Of a stretch of DNA of 64,000 bases, positions 14,491-28,651 are shown piece by piece. The stretch is from positions 3,534,001 through 3,598,000 of the forward strand of contig CM120645.1 in assembly GCA_051362555.1 (NCBI GenBank), given 5' to 3'. Position 1 is the first letter of the stretch. Every line of letters starts with the position of its first letter. The notes under the pieces are model-generated. The model worked only from the letters and a program-made list of their open reading frames with translations, ran no database searches and was not told the origin of the DNA. The position numbers and the translations under genes are program-made. The stretch is from Lingula anatina. Its lineage: Eukaryota; Animalia; Brachiopoda.

Positions 14491-17400
14491 AAATAAGAGA
14501 TTGGGTCTTGGATCAGTGGATGTGAATCACGTCCTTACCTTTTTGGTTGAAAAAAAAAAGAAAAAAGAAAAGAATGAGAGTGATAGAAAATTAATTAAAA
14601 GCAAAAAGAAAATGTTCAACTCTATTTTCTGCTACTAATCACAGCGCAAGGGCAAGCCTGGCATGTGATACTCACATGAACATGTGAAGACCCTGTTAGA
14701 TGGATATTATGTTTATGTGTACACGTAGGTATGTGCCTGCTCTCACATATATGGTGTAGGGTTTACCCAGACTGATGTAAGGCAGCTTTCAGATTGGCTT
14801 TATCAAAATTGTCTTAGTCTTATCTTATAGGAGCTACCCTGAGTTTCAGAGGACACTTAGGAGCTCGTCTTTCTATTTTGTCTCTGACACTGGGAATTAA
14901 CAGACACTAGAGTTTCCTGGGTACTTTAAATTGTAACACAAGGTGTAGGGGGCAGTCATTTGATTGCATCTACCCCTCCCCCCCCCCCTCTCTCTCTCTC
15001 TCTCCATTTTTCTCTCTCTCTCTCTTCTGGTGAGTATTTGATTGCATCTGCCTTAGGGATTCAGATGCACCCAAAAACAAACAGACTGCCATACAAGGGC
15101 TGTAATCCAATGGTAAGAGTTGGAGACTGTAATATATTTAGAATAATTATTATAAAATGGAGAAAAGCAAAAGTACACAAAGATCCACCTAAAGCTTTTA
15201 AAAGAGAAAGAATTAAAAATTCCAATTCATTTATGCTCAAAAAAGGTTAATATAAGATATGAATTACAAAAAAAAAAAATTCATTTTATAAAGTCATGAA
15301 AGAATATGGAAAAGTTCCAATTAAGGAAGAAAAAAAATTGAACAGGAAAAAGTTTTAGTTCTTTAAAAAAAAAGGGGAAAATTGTTCCCTGTCATTATTT
15401 TTAAGTTTGTTCACCTTGTGATTCAGAGCACAGAAATAAACAATTCTTGAACAGACATAAACAGATGTAATGTAACTTTGTTCCCCTTAAGCATGCTCAA
15501 ATTTACGAGCAAAAATAACCTTGGCGTATACAGGCATGATTTAGAAGCCCTTTTGTTCTTGTAAAATGATATACGGTATCAAGTACCCCAACAAGACAGA
15601 ACTTGTAAGACTTGTATTCTAATTTAATTACTCCTTTTATGTACTGCTGATAAAAATGCTTGTCTTTTCATAAAATTAGTCATGAAAAACACTAGAACTT
15701 GTGTCAAAAATCTCTTGCTGTTTTCTTTTTCAGATTCTCAACATGTTCAAAATGGTCACCATGGCAACTACCATTTATTTATACATCTGGACCGCAAGTA
15801 GTCTCAGAAGTTGAGTGACTTGTGTGTTTTGGTAATTAAAATCTTTCTCCCACTCTGTATGGATGTCATGAACTCTGCGTGCAGAGAATTTAGAAAAATT
15901 TATGTGCACTGGCTTTCACAATGCGGTAGAAAGTTCTCGTGGCTTGAACTTACTATGTACCCGGTAGTAGGTTGAATAAAAAAGCTAAAACCCAATTGAT
16001 GAATTATAACACACATGTACCTACAAAATAAGTTAACGATCCAGTGTGGATGAAAAAAAAAGGTTGTATAAAAAGTCCCTGTTTGGAGAAACTTTCCATG
16101 TCCTTACTGAAAGAAGAATTTAACCCTTTCTTTTTTATCATAAAAAAAGGATATTTTCACTTCATATCATTCAAGAAAATGATAACAATTACTCATAATG
16201 AAATGTGAAGTGCATTTAATCGTACACCAAGCAAACAGCTAGCGAACAGCTTCATTTTAACTAAGGGATCTTTATCACTTTTTTGGTCTGTTGAATTAAT
16301 TCACAGCGGTTAGCTATGATCCATACATGAATATCATATATCTTAAATAATGATTCTTATAATGTTCTTTTTTTTATAATAGAGGAAGTCATTTGTTTTA
16401 TTTCAGTATATTTTAATTGTTTAAGGGAAACTTCTAAAACCTTGCCTTAAGACAGTCCTATTCAGGTAGATAATTAGCATCTGTCTCGTAACATGCATAC
16501 ATTTGCAATAAAGGAAGCAATTTGATGTATTTTAGTGCACAATAAAAATAGTTTTAAGGGAACTTTCACAGTGAAAAACCTTGTTATAAGGAACTCTAGC
16601 ATACAAATCAGTTACATGGAGTCGGATAACAATTCAACACAGTTTATTTTTCATTCAGTCATGATGAAGCTGTACATTTGGTCACATCTGACCTAAATAG
16701 GAAATTATTTTTAAAAAAAACATCAAAAGCAGTTTACATAATCAAAATTATGCATAATTTATTATTTCTCATAGATGGTTGAACATGAGCAAGTCGCTAA
16801 CATATATTTCTTATTCAAAAGGCTTTGCTTGTTAACAATTGTTATGCAAGAATCTCTCCCAGAGTATAGGCTAGAGCACTGACTGTAACTTGTCTCTATC
16901 TAGCAAAAAAACTCTCCTCGTTGCTGTTTAGAACAGACGCTACTAGATATAATAGCAGAAGCATGCTGACGGTCCAGGTAAATGACCGGTGGTGTCCGTA
17001 ACTTGGGCGAGCAATTTCTGTAAGATGAACTCAAAAGCAGGACATCAGCATGTGGTCTACAACTGCAGACTAATAGGCTGTACAATAATGGTAGCTGGTT
17101 GTAATAATCTGACTGGTAAATACTTGTATATGGGCTATTCCACATTTTTATCCCCCTTCATAATACATTTTCCATCTGCAAAACATTTTGTCATTTATTA
17201 ATTTCCCTTTTTTCCTTGCTCATGAATTAAAAAAAAGTGAAAGGTTTTTTCTTTAATTTTATGAGGTCTAAAGAGATGAAAAAGTGTATCATGTGAAAAA
17301 ATATTTGTTGCGGAGAGGAAAAATGCTGCGGAATACCCCATATCCTAGTTTCTGATAAATCACTCTAGTGAAATTTGTAAACAGATGGTCCCTGCCAAAT

Positions 17401-20400
17401 GTCATGTATAACTCATCAAAAGACATATTGAGGATGGAGAAATGGTGTAAACAAGCAGGTATTCTACGCATTATGGAATATCATAAAGAGGACAGATCAG
17501 AACTAGCCTTCTTATAAGAATTTCATAAAATAATAGAAGGTGAAGTTAAGCAATTTGAGACTGATAAAAGTCAGCAAAATTTAGGACTATAAATAAGATG
17601 GTGCTTTTTTTCTATTCTCTCTCTCTCTCTCTCTCTCTGTGGTAAAGTTTACTTGCTGGCCTTTTTTAAATTATTTTCAAGGACTGCTGTTAATTTTGAA
17701 AGTGTCTTTACTTTTTTGACTAACCAAGGTCTGCTTGGCTTTCACTGTTGAATCTATGATGCAATAAGTAATTTCCAAACCTAGCTTTAGATTAAACTAC
17801 CCTTAAAAGCCTTGTTTAACTCTCCAGCTCACTTGCAAAGTTTAATTTTATAAATCATCAAGATATGGTGTATCTAATAAATGTTTGAGCTGATTCATGG
17901 TTTACCATCTTGAATATACAAAGTTAATCAGGGAGTTGCGATAAAATTTTTGACAAGCAGATTACAACTTTGTTTGCTGTTTCCAGACACTGAAACTCAG
18001 GGTGGTGGCGGGGGAGGGGGGGGGGGGACCTCTGAGCAAGGTCAAGTTTCCTGATCAGGTGACAAAATAATGAAGTTACATACATTATAGCAGAAACCCT
18101 GGTATCAAACACCTTGAAACTGAAACATTGCATTTCAAACCCATCATGAAGACAGCCTTACATAATCGTTGGCGGAATAAATCTACTTGCTATTCCAGAC
18201 ATTACTAAATGCCTTAACCAGCATAGCAAATTAACACTTCCTGTCCATTAGCCGTGTTTTACAGTCATTAAGTGTTCATTCTTCTGTCTGCGTTTGAGAG
18301 AAGTGAAACAATTAAAAAGGACAGGAACCAGGATTTATGAAGGTGGTACGGGCCAGCTCCAGGAGAGAGGGTGGGTTGTGGGTAAACCGTGTTCATACTC
18401 AGCCCATTTTAGACCCAAAATGGTCCTTAATAACATGTCTTACTTTAGACCACCTGCCCTTATGCCTGGGGGGGGGGGGGGGGTCCTGACCGTTTTTTTT
18501 AAATGCATTGTTTGGCTTTATGTATTTTACCTGCTTGGCTCAGCTAAATTGGCTAAGTAATGTATAATCAGAATTTTAGAACTTTAAAATTCCGTAGTTA
18601 CAGTACTACTGTGAATAGAATCTTGAAATTGTTGTAATAAGGGCTGACAGTTTTATAAAGGACATTCCTTTTTCAATTTTTCTCAATGAATCAGCAAGAA
18701 TCTCAGTTGGCTTTGCCAATTTATGTGTATAAATCAACCCCTATAGGTGTGAAATGGGGTCCAGATATGAGCCTCCAGTAATCGTGATGATGTAATTTAA
18801 ATTCCATACCCAGTCTGAAGGTAACCTTGTTTGAACACGCCTATGGTTACACAGGTGATAAGGCACATCCCATTGCTGGTGACATAATTAGAGTTTTATG
18901 TTAAATTTATGGGCTTTTTTTGAAATAATAAATATGAAATGGGAAGCACAGCGATTACTGAGTGTGTCCAACTTCTGATAGTGCTTACACATAAATAAAA
19001 CACTATTTTCAGATCTGAAGTGGTTAAACTGATAAAACTGCTTCACTGTAGTCCTATTTGATACCTCCTCCTATTTAACTGTTTCACTTTGACCACCTCC
19101 TCCCCCCCCCCCCTCCTAACCCCAAAAGGAAAATGTTATAACATATAACAGAATGAGTAAAAGAGTGGTTGAAGAAAGAGAACTAATTAATTACTTGATG
19201 GAAATATGTACTTTTCACTGATTGTGAAATATTTTTATCCCCTTTCCTAACTGAGATAATAGAAGAATCCTCTATCAGAATCCCCAATGTAAATGTAAGC
19301 CTAAATTACTATGATAAATGAGGAAATTCTGACAGAACCACAACATCAATATCAGAGACTTTTTTCTAGAAAAATCTAGGACCATCTTCACAAATTGGAT
19401 TCAATTCTTGAGCTTATATCTAATACTACTTAATAACTTTGATATCTGACTTGGTAAATTGTGCCTACTATATTTGTCCTTATATTTCACAAAATCCATA
19501 TTAAAATCCATATTAAAATTTTGAGGAACAGACTACCAATTTGTACCTCACAAGTGAGGAAATAACCCACCAAAGAGCAACATGCCCTCTGTTCTAAATG
19601 TACTATATCAAAACAGTTAAAGCTCCATAGCCGGGGCCCCACAACTAAACGATACCCCCTGCCCCTTAAGAGCCCCTCAACTATATCAGTGACCCCCTTA
19701 TCAAAACCACTAATGTATTTCACAATAGTTGACATGAACCAGAGCAGCACCTTGGCCCTGCTTGTAAGGCTATGTGCATTCACACTGAAGAGACTGACTC
19801 CAAAGTTTTCTTTCACTCTAGTTTTGATGACACGTTTGGTGACCGAAATTATGCTGTCTCTGCACGCATGACGTAATGGCCAGCTTTCAAATCACCTGGC
19901 TATTAAAATTTCATTATTTGTTACATCACAGTGTCCTTACACATGTGTGATTTACTAAACAGTACAACACATCTGAAATAGAATGGACCTGAAGCATTGG
20001 ATCCCCTGCATGTGTGAACACTGCATTTTTTCCCCTTTTTTTTTATGACCCACAACTAGTTCTTGTATCAGTCAGTCCATGCCACCATGGAGACATTTGA
20101 ATTGCAAAGTGGACAGAAATAGATGTCGGCTTGTGCTGCTATGTGACAGATAGATGCTATTTGCATCTCAAGTATTAACCCCTTTTTGAGATATATATTT
20201 TTCCTACTTGATATGGAGAAACATTCATGTCTTTGCTGAACATTTAGAGATGGAACTAATGATTTTTTAAAAGACACTACCATTTTTGGATGTAAATTTT
20301 GAAAGAAGCAAACTTTGTAAGTCTGGTCCCTCCTGTTCTCTATATAACTGCAATTTAGGCTTATGCTGGTTTTAGGAATTTAATTCCCACAGATGTGAAA

Positions 20401-22022
20401 AGCAATTTCTTTTTGATGATGAAAAAGCAAACTATTTGACAATTTCAGCCATTTCATCATTGCTTAGATGATGGATTATTATAACAATTATCATTTTTCT
20501 TGTTGGGAGGAGTGGAGTGAGTAACACATTGAATCTGCGGTTGCCACTCAATGAAAATATCCCTGGTGATTTTAAACATGCAATTCCTTTCCATATAAGA
20601 ACCAAAAATAATTTGTTGTGAGCTAGCATTCCTCATCTACATTACAAAATGTATAACCAGCAGATTGACATCCATCTTACAGTCAGTGCCATTTTCCCTT
20701 TTTTTGAGCATATAACCTCTGCTCAAGTTCCTGGCTTTTAAAAAAAGTAATCTCCATAATAAAAATCCTAGATCCTTCTTTCTTTATTACTAGTACATGA
20801 TGTCAAACTTTGTCCTGTTCTTTTAATAAAAATGTGATTTTTCTCATTAATTTCATGCACCTTACATAAGTAATAGTGACAAATAAGATAATAAGGTGTG
20901 TGGAAATAGATTTTTTCTTGACACATTATACAAGCTGTTAAAATGTGGTGCAGGCATACTAGGATGACTATTTTTAAACCTCTTTTTTTTTTTTTGCACT
21001 TTTATATGGTGCAGGTGTACTAGAAGGACTTTTTTGAACCTTTTGTTTGTATTTTTTATGCATATAATATGCCACATAATAAATGGTTGAACTCAAAAGT
21101 GGGTAATGCACAGGCTTTCAATCACTGGTGAAATGTCTCCTCTCGCTATAAATCTGAAAACTCCTGCACTGAACACCATACACTAAACACACACAGAAAG
21201 ATAACAGAATCAGTTCAAAACTGATACCAAGTGTCCTTGACCTTGCTAGTGTTCTGAGTTTGCAACCTGCAGGTAACTTGTTCCAACAAACGCGCACAAC
21301 AAAAAATTATAGTGAACAGATGAAACACCTGCAGGAGTTTGTTTACAAGCAGATCGTGTAACAGTTTTTTTTAAAGAAAGAACAAAACATTTCGAATCGT
21401 GTCAATCCTAAATATTTCACCGATTCATGCCAAGAGGAATCATCACTAATCACTGCTGTCCAGAATACAGATTGCTCAGTACCCCGAGTCCTAAGTTTAC
21501 CAAGACTGAATTATAATGCGTGTTGTGAAGAAGAGAATCTGAAAATCAGGGTGGATACATGGTATTTGAAGTATAGGTAATATGTGTATCTAAAGACCAG
21601 TTTTTGGGAAAGTTGTGAAGGCGTTTTCCTGGCCCTTTAATTTATTCTTATATTGTCATTGACAAGCATTTGGCCAGCTCAACACGTTATGGCATTTCAT
21701 TTCATTCAAAACCATTAATTTACCCCCCCCCCCCCCTCCCCAAGTGAAATATAAGTACATTGTCATTTGTTCTTGCTTGGGTCATTAGTTTTCTTATAGC
21801 ATATAAATCAGATTCCCAAAATATAATTTCCAGTCTGCACAAGTAGCAGTGTTTTCTCCAGCCCATCAACTCTACAAAAAACACTGCGTAACATAAATAT
21901 TCATATTCAACCCAGATCCCATTTCCCCATTTCATATTATTTTTGTCATGAATAACTGGGTAAAAATAGATATGTCTGAAGAACAACAAAGATGGTAATA
22001 ATTTTTTCAATTATAAAATTTG

Positions 22023-22066
22023 TTTATTTATATCACTATGTACAACGACATCGTCTGATATTTACA
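22023..22066 (-). promoter_or_regulatory. Putative DUSP polyadenylation signal preceded by two Pumilio response elements
   Basis: On the minus strand: TGTAAATA (22066-22059), TGTACATA (22044-22037), AATAAA (22028-22023), about 1.1 kb after the stop codon. Confidence 0.5.
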
Positions 22067-23140
22067 CAACAAATGTACAAGAGAACTATGTAAAATGTAT
22101 TGCTGATCTTTGAACAAGATGAAGACAAGATATATGCTGGTCAAAACAACAGTGGGTGTGCACTTAGTTCAGTCAAAGCATGCCTTTCTCAACAAGAAGA
22201 GAAAGAGTATTTTATTTGCCTTCAGATTTCTGCCAAAAATAAACTGAGTAGGCTTAATGGGGGATTTCCGCAGTGGCATCGCCTCTCCTTTCTACAGCAG
22301 AGAAGTTATGGTTAACTCCTGCCTGCTCTCTGACGTCAATACAGGGCAAAGGGGCGTATAGAATTACCTTCTTTCCACCACATCTAAGGCTCTATTGAAT
22401 CTATGCTCATTACCATGAATTACACCAAGGCATTGCCAAACAGTTTCTTACGGGTCTGCGGCTGCAAAAACATCACAAGAATAACAAAAAATTCCGGAAG
22501 TGACAAGATCACTTCTAAAGCTACCTTAAATAAGGTTAACTGAATTTTCTGTAACTTATTTTGACTAAGTGCAACCAAGAACTGTGTGAAACAGTATGTA
22601 TACGTTGAATTGTACTTTTTTTTTGTCCTTCTTTGTCTGACAAAGATGATGTTTATCATTTAAATAAAGAAGTCAAAGCACCTGTAAATGTTCACTTTTT
22701 AACAGACAGATATACAAACACAATATACAGTATAACTATAGATTTGCGTGTTCTCTCACAGTGATAGAAATTTAGGCACCCCCACTGAATCTGAGTGCTC
22801 TGATGCTAATATGCAGTATATACAGTGAAGATGACATATGCACAATGGAGATTAAATATATATATTTAACGTTAAACAATTTCAGTGTTCCTGAGTAACA
22901 CAGAATCCTGATGACCCCTAGGTGACCTTGACCCGACCTTGATCAGTCCCCAAAGAACTAACAAGTCACTGTGTTAGGAGAGCGGTGGAATGTTCTTTTA
23001 GTCACATTATGATTTATTAAATTTGAGTAAAACGGTGGCAGTAGAGGGAGAGCATCTGTGACCGCATCAATGGAAATGATGGCGTAGGTGGTGATGATTT
23101 CAGCTCCCACTGGTGACTTTTTTTATTGATTGTCGCACGA

Positions 23141-23475
23141 CTATGATGCTACAGCCTCCACATTGACGCTGTTGTAATTGGGGGATGGGCGGGGAGAGTC
23201 AAAGTACCTTTTGTACTGATGACAGCTGCATGCAATGTCGGAGTCGCACTTGCACCAGTCTGGACTCGTACTGAGGTGGCGCTCAAAGTCCAAGAGCTGA
23301 CCCATGAAGTTAAAGTTCGGTGAAATGTTGGGCTTGCACTTCTTCACATAGTCGTAGGCATCATTGAGAGATAGATGGCAGCGCTGCATGAGGTAGGCGA
23401 CAGTAACGGTGACAGACCTGCTGACTCCGGCCAAGCAATGGACAAGGACGCCACAGCCCTTTTCTCTGGCTTCAT
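23141..23475 (-). CDS. DUSP7: DUSP6/7-like coding exon 3: catalytic signature and C-terminus
   Basis: Acceptor TTTCAG|AT at 23476/23475 gives D-EAREKGCGVLVHCLAGVSRSVTVTVAYLM...ISPNFNFMGQLLDFE, then TAG at 23141-23143. The three exons total 1110 nt = 369 aa plus stop. Confidence 0.96.
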
Positions 23476-26400
23476 CTGAAATAACCAAAGGAACAGGAAC
23501 ATAAACATTGTGGTGGAAGTGGAGAAAAATAAAATCCAAGATACAATTGTTCTTGTTTTTCTAGCAAAGTATCAACAAATAGCACATGTACTTCATTGTT
23601 GTTATGTTTTGACTGAAAATAACCCATCACCACTCACAGTGGATAAACTGTATTGTGTGGTTCAATTTATCTGCGGTCAAAACAAAACCTTAATTCTACC
23701 CAATCACATTAAATCCCATGACCAAATTCATTTGGACCAAAAGACGTCAGAAGCATGGAAAACCCGATTGTTTAAATATTCCCCACGCGACTTTTTTTCC
23801 CTCTTTATCAAAACCACAGAATTCTACTCCCTTTTGATGCAGAGCTAAAGGAGTCCTCATTTCCATTATAGCCAACTGACACGAGTGTTAATAACCATTC
23901 AGAAACATGCACAGACTACAAAAGTGGCTGGAATTAAAATGGACCAGCATAAAACCAGGAAAATAGCTAGGCTGCCGGAAATCACTTAGTTGTAGTGCAC
24001 TGTAAGAGCAAGAGAACCAAAACAACAAGTAATCAAACAGTTTGAGCTTTCAGCGCTATTTAATGGAATTTAACGCACGGCACGATTCCCCGCAAGCAAC
24101 CTCAAAGTGCCCCATGTCTGATGTCACTGAAGGAGACCTAAACGAATCATCATTATCAACCTAAACCATTCACTTGGCGGTCCCGTGGGCATTCAAGCCA
24201 GCAAAACAAAAATCTAACTGAATTATTGAATGGGAAAAAAGGTTGAGCCAGGGAATAAATGGATTAACTAAACATCGAATTGTTCTGCAAATCGGATAGC
24301 TGCAGAATCCATGCACTTAAAATGTTGAAGTGCGTTTGCACCCATTTACATGGTCTAATTTGTGTTACTTAAAAAATCAAACCCAAATTATTGATGAAGT
24401 CCAATGAAAAAAAAAAAGAAGAAGAAAATTATTACATTAACATAAATATCAATAATAAAAATGCTGCAAGACTTCTGAAAAGTACCATTTTTTCTATTTG
24501 GTACTTTCATCACCCACTGGTTCAGTTCATGTCTGCTGAAGAATGGATCCATTTTACTGAGTGTAAACCTTCCTTTCCTGCTGCTGCCCATCTTATGTTG
24601 AGAGTGATAAATGGGATAGGCCGTTTTAATAACAATAATAACCAAAGGGGATGATGATGATTACATCTCCTTAGAATTCCCATTTCCTGTTGTGGACTGC
24701 CCCAAACTGATTAAGTAAAGAACCAGCCTCAAAACTTAGATTTATATATATACTGGTGTGCTACAATGGCTAGGCTGGAGGATTCACAACTTTCAGTTGG
24801 TTTTCCAATTTCACAACTTGAAGAAGTGATATAATTACATAATTAACTAAATTTTAAAAAGGATGAGAGGCTTAAAACCTCCACCTGTGAGGCAAATAAT
24901 CCAGTTTAGCACAGGATAAGAATGAGCTAGTTCTGGGAATTTTTAAGTTAATGACAGAATTCTAAAAAACTTAATGGCTTAATTAAGGATGTGACGTCAA
25001 ATTGGTACAATATAACAGAAATAACAAGCTTCTAATTTTTGACAAATTTGAAGATTTGTGAAAAAAATTGGATTAGCAATGACAACTGCGCAACTGCTCA
25101 GCAAAAGTGACGTTCAGAAACCATGCCACCAAAAGCCACTGCAATTCAATAGGCACTGTTATAAAGTCCATAAAGGTCTCAGTATTATCAAACAATTCAC
25201 TGAAGAAGAAGTAATTTTTTCTCATAGTCAGAGCTGGAGCGTGAACTGATGTGTATTCTACTCCCCTCACCCACACAACTCAAAACTATAGGCCGTGTTT
25301 TCATGTGTCATATCCATACACACAAACCGTTTTATCCAACCTACAAAATACCTTTTACATTAATATTGTGAGTTTCAACATGGGCTGTGAGCAAACACAA
25401 GCTTCCTTTACGCACTCTGCCATGCATTCAAATTGACCTAGCGGATGAATGGCCGCTTTACAAATTTGGTTTGCAAAGCCGAGATGAAAACCTTGTTTTT
25501 CCTCCCGCCTCAAGGGTCAAGGGGCAGGAAATGCATACTTGAGAGGCTGAAAGGCTTGCAGAATGGAGTTTATCAATGCCATACAATTTTGGCAGCCCTC
25601 TATATTGTTGCCCTCGGCACAGAGCTTCTCCACAATGTCCAGGTGGGTTCATTTAATACTAAAGAAATAAGATCCGGGTCAAACATCCCCCATCATCTTA
25701 ACCTGTCACAAACTCTATGAAGATTAATATGATTACTAAGCAATTTTCAGTTGAATTTGGTGTTTGCTTTTTTTTTTTCATCATTCTTCTCACACCTGTT
25801 AGAGAACATTTCTAATCAGATATGTCTGTGGTATTACGTATTTTTTTTTCCTTTTAAGAGGTAAAAATTTGTTTCAGTGAACTTACACATAGAATAGTTC
25901 TTGAATGATATCCAAATGAAAACCAGGCTTAAAAGAACTTTTTTGCCTCACATAAAAAAATGCCCAGAAAGTACTATGGGACTATGCCACATAACCCCAG
26001 CCTGTATTTCATCATAACATTTATATGGCAGTCGCGCACTTTATCCATTTAGGACGTTCTTTGGTTATGCATTGTTGCTTCGATTGTCCTTGGCCCTACT
26101 CTGCTATTCACCAAGATGGATGGTCTCTCGTTCTACTCTCTCTTCCAGCCGACAGCCTACATTAAGTATGTTCAGATGGATGTTCTTAAAAGTAAAATCC
26201 CTTTAGGTCCCAATTTCATCACACCAGATTAATTTGTGTGGTTTTGTATATTTGTGATGCAGGTAGCCATTTCTATATGCAGACAGCATGCCCCAATGGT
26301 TGTAAACATATACCATTTTGCCTTGTACATTTAATTTGATGGTACAGTGGTGACTTCATATAAACCCAAAATGGTTTTGAATTTGAGCTAGTCTAAATTC

Positions 26401-28264
26401 AGTATTAATCTACAGCTTTTATTAGTTTCCCTGTTTTTTTTACTGATAAAAGATTGCTGAAGGAAAAAAAAACTTTGTAACTAATATCCTAAAACAACAG
26501 AGCAGGTTTAAGTTTGTTGGCATTTTGTTTTCAACTTAAACAAGAGGAAGTGAGATTAAGCAGTTGTTTTTTAAGGAAAATTATCTAAGTGTTCACATGT
26601 GGAATACAACCTCCAACATCCAACTTGCTTCAAAACGTTCAACTCTCCCTGAGAAACTCCAAAACAACCATTCACACAAGAAAGTAAATTGTGCCAGACG
26701 TAAAACCTCTGCCAATACATTACTTTCTTCCAGAACCTTCATCTGCATTTCATAAATGCAATAACTCCTTCCAAATCACGCCTGACTTAAAAGTCTGCAC
26801 CTAACATGTGCCACTTGTTTTAACTGGGTAAAACGCTACCAGATTTCTTCCCCTACTTCCCACGGCTGTAGACTCAAATCCTACAGGTGTGTAAAATCTT
26901 TATGCATAAGCCTCAACAGGGCCAAAGATGATTACACAACCAGCACTTGCCATGGATTTCTTACCTGCATTCCCCCCTGAGCACTGGTTCTTAAAGGACC
27001 ACTTCAAAGAGGTATAATCAAGTTGTTACCTACTTGGAACCCCTTCCCCTCCATGTGCATGGAAGACCTACCTATCGCCAGCTATTATTATGGGTCAAAC
27101 AGTGACCAACTGTTCTCTCACTTAAACACCTATAATAATAATACCTGGAAGATCAGGGATTTCCTCCTACACAAAATGTACAGTGCAGACTGAGCTGTAA
27201 GAAAGCCACGACATCATTATAACATCACCATAGCATGTCGTGTAGGGATGATAATTGACTCGCCCACCTTCTTGGACGGATGAAATCAGTTTCAGCATAT
27301 TCCACAGATATATCAGAGGCTGGCTTCACCTCAGGTGAACAGTGAAACCTCTAATTTCTGTATTACCTGTCAAAATTAGGGATCCCTTCAAAAGAAAAAG
27401 TTTTTAGATTTCAGTACGGATTTCAGACGCCATCACGAAAAAAAAAAAAAAGAAAAGAAAACCCGTTACCCCTATCCTAATCTCCTAATCTTACCTGCCA
27501 CACACAATATAACACAGATAAACATAGCTGCAACTTGCGGTTTGTTGGTGGGATGGGAGGTAAACATTGATATACTGATGGGGATTATATGCAATTGGGA
27601 GGGAGAGATGGCTTATGCTATTAGCAAGTGAGTTTGTGGGTATCAGAGAGAGAGAGAGAGAGAGAGAAAAGAACCAAATGAAAACACACTGCCCTATTTC
27701 TACTTATGAAAGACTCCATTGCTCGAAAGTACTGATTTTGTTTTAAAAAAAAAACAGACATTAGCAACACTAAATAAACCTCAGCACTGATGTAATTGGC
27801 TTATGTCTTTCCATATTTGGACATCCTTATTATTCATAAGGAAGGAAGAATTAAGGGCTTCATGACTTAGTTCATCAGATTATCTTAGCAGTAATTAGTC
27901 TGCGGCATCCTGTAATTAAGCCTCCAGGAAGTTGCAGTACGTGCCAGCAATGCTGTGGAGAATTAAGGCCTTAAAAATACCTTTTTTATTAATTTTTCAC
28001 ACATAAATTAAGAAAAAAAGGCAATGGAAAAAGCTGATATTTTTTTATTAACATATAGCATATACAGGCTCAAATCCTTCATATACCATACCATTTTGAA
28101 TGCAAAAAAATAATAATAAATAAATGAAGAGCCCAGTCTATGGGGAATACTAAATATATCGGTTTTCCACACTTTTTTCTGACGTTCCACCTGTTGTGTC
28201 TGGGATAAATGTTTCCATGTTCTGATAAATCATTTTTAAATGGTTGTCTATCAAATATACTTAC

Positions 28265-28651
28265 CAATGAAGGATATTGCTTCAGGGAAATAGACGGACA
28301 AATTCTGGGACCAATGGTCATTTATTGGGATCTGCTTGTACACAATATGTTCATCTTTCTCCCACATATTTGGCAGGTTAGGGGTGACATTCAGGATATA
28401 TTGAATCCCGTGCTTCTTCAAGGCTTCCAAGTCGGCAGAATTCCTTGCATTGCCAAGATAAAGATTGGGAATCACTTCGACAGGTAGCGCGTTGTGAAAT
28501 GGGGTATCCAGCCCTGAGATTTCCCGCGTGCAATTGACATTGTCTCTATCAGACAGCGACAGGTTTCGAAGTCCCATAATAGTACTTGTCTCGTTGTCAT
28601 CGACCCCCTCGCAAAGATCTGGGTACAGCTCTTCGAAGGACTGGAAGCCAC
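28265..28651 (-). CDS. DUSP7: DUSP6/7-like coding exon 2: end of rhodanese domain, linker and start of catalytic domain
   Basis: Acceptor TTTTAG|G at 28652/28651 continues the frame as GGFQSFEELYPDLCE...PVEVIPNLYLG...YILNVTPNLPN...YKQIPINDHWSQNLSVYFPEAISFI. Donor G|GTAAGT at 28264. The exon is 387 nt, so phase 1 is kept. Confidence 0.95.

Noticed and set aside
16900-17201. Overlapping ORFs possibly from a decayed retroelement
   Set aside because: Only a weak PISL-like fragment and no convincing RT or endonuclease motif.
25445-25720. ORFs inside DUSP intron 2 as a possible extra exon
   Set aside because: Exons 2 and 3 already join in frame as AISFI-D-EAR, matching DUSP6, and the translations show no similarity.
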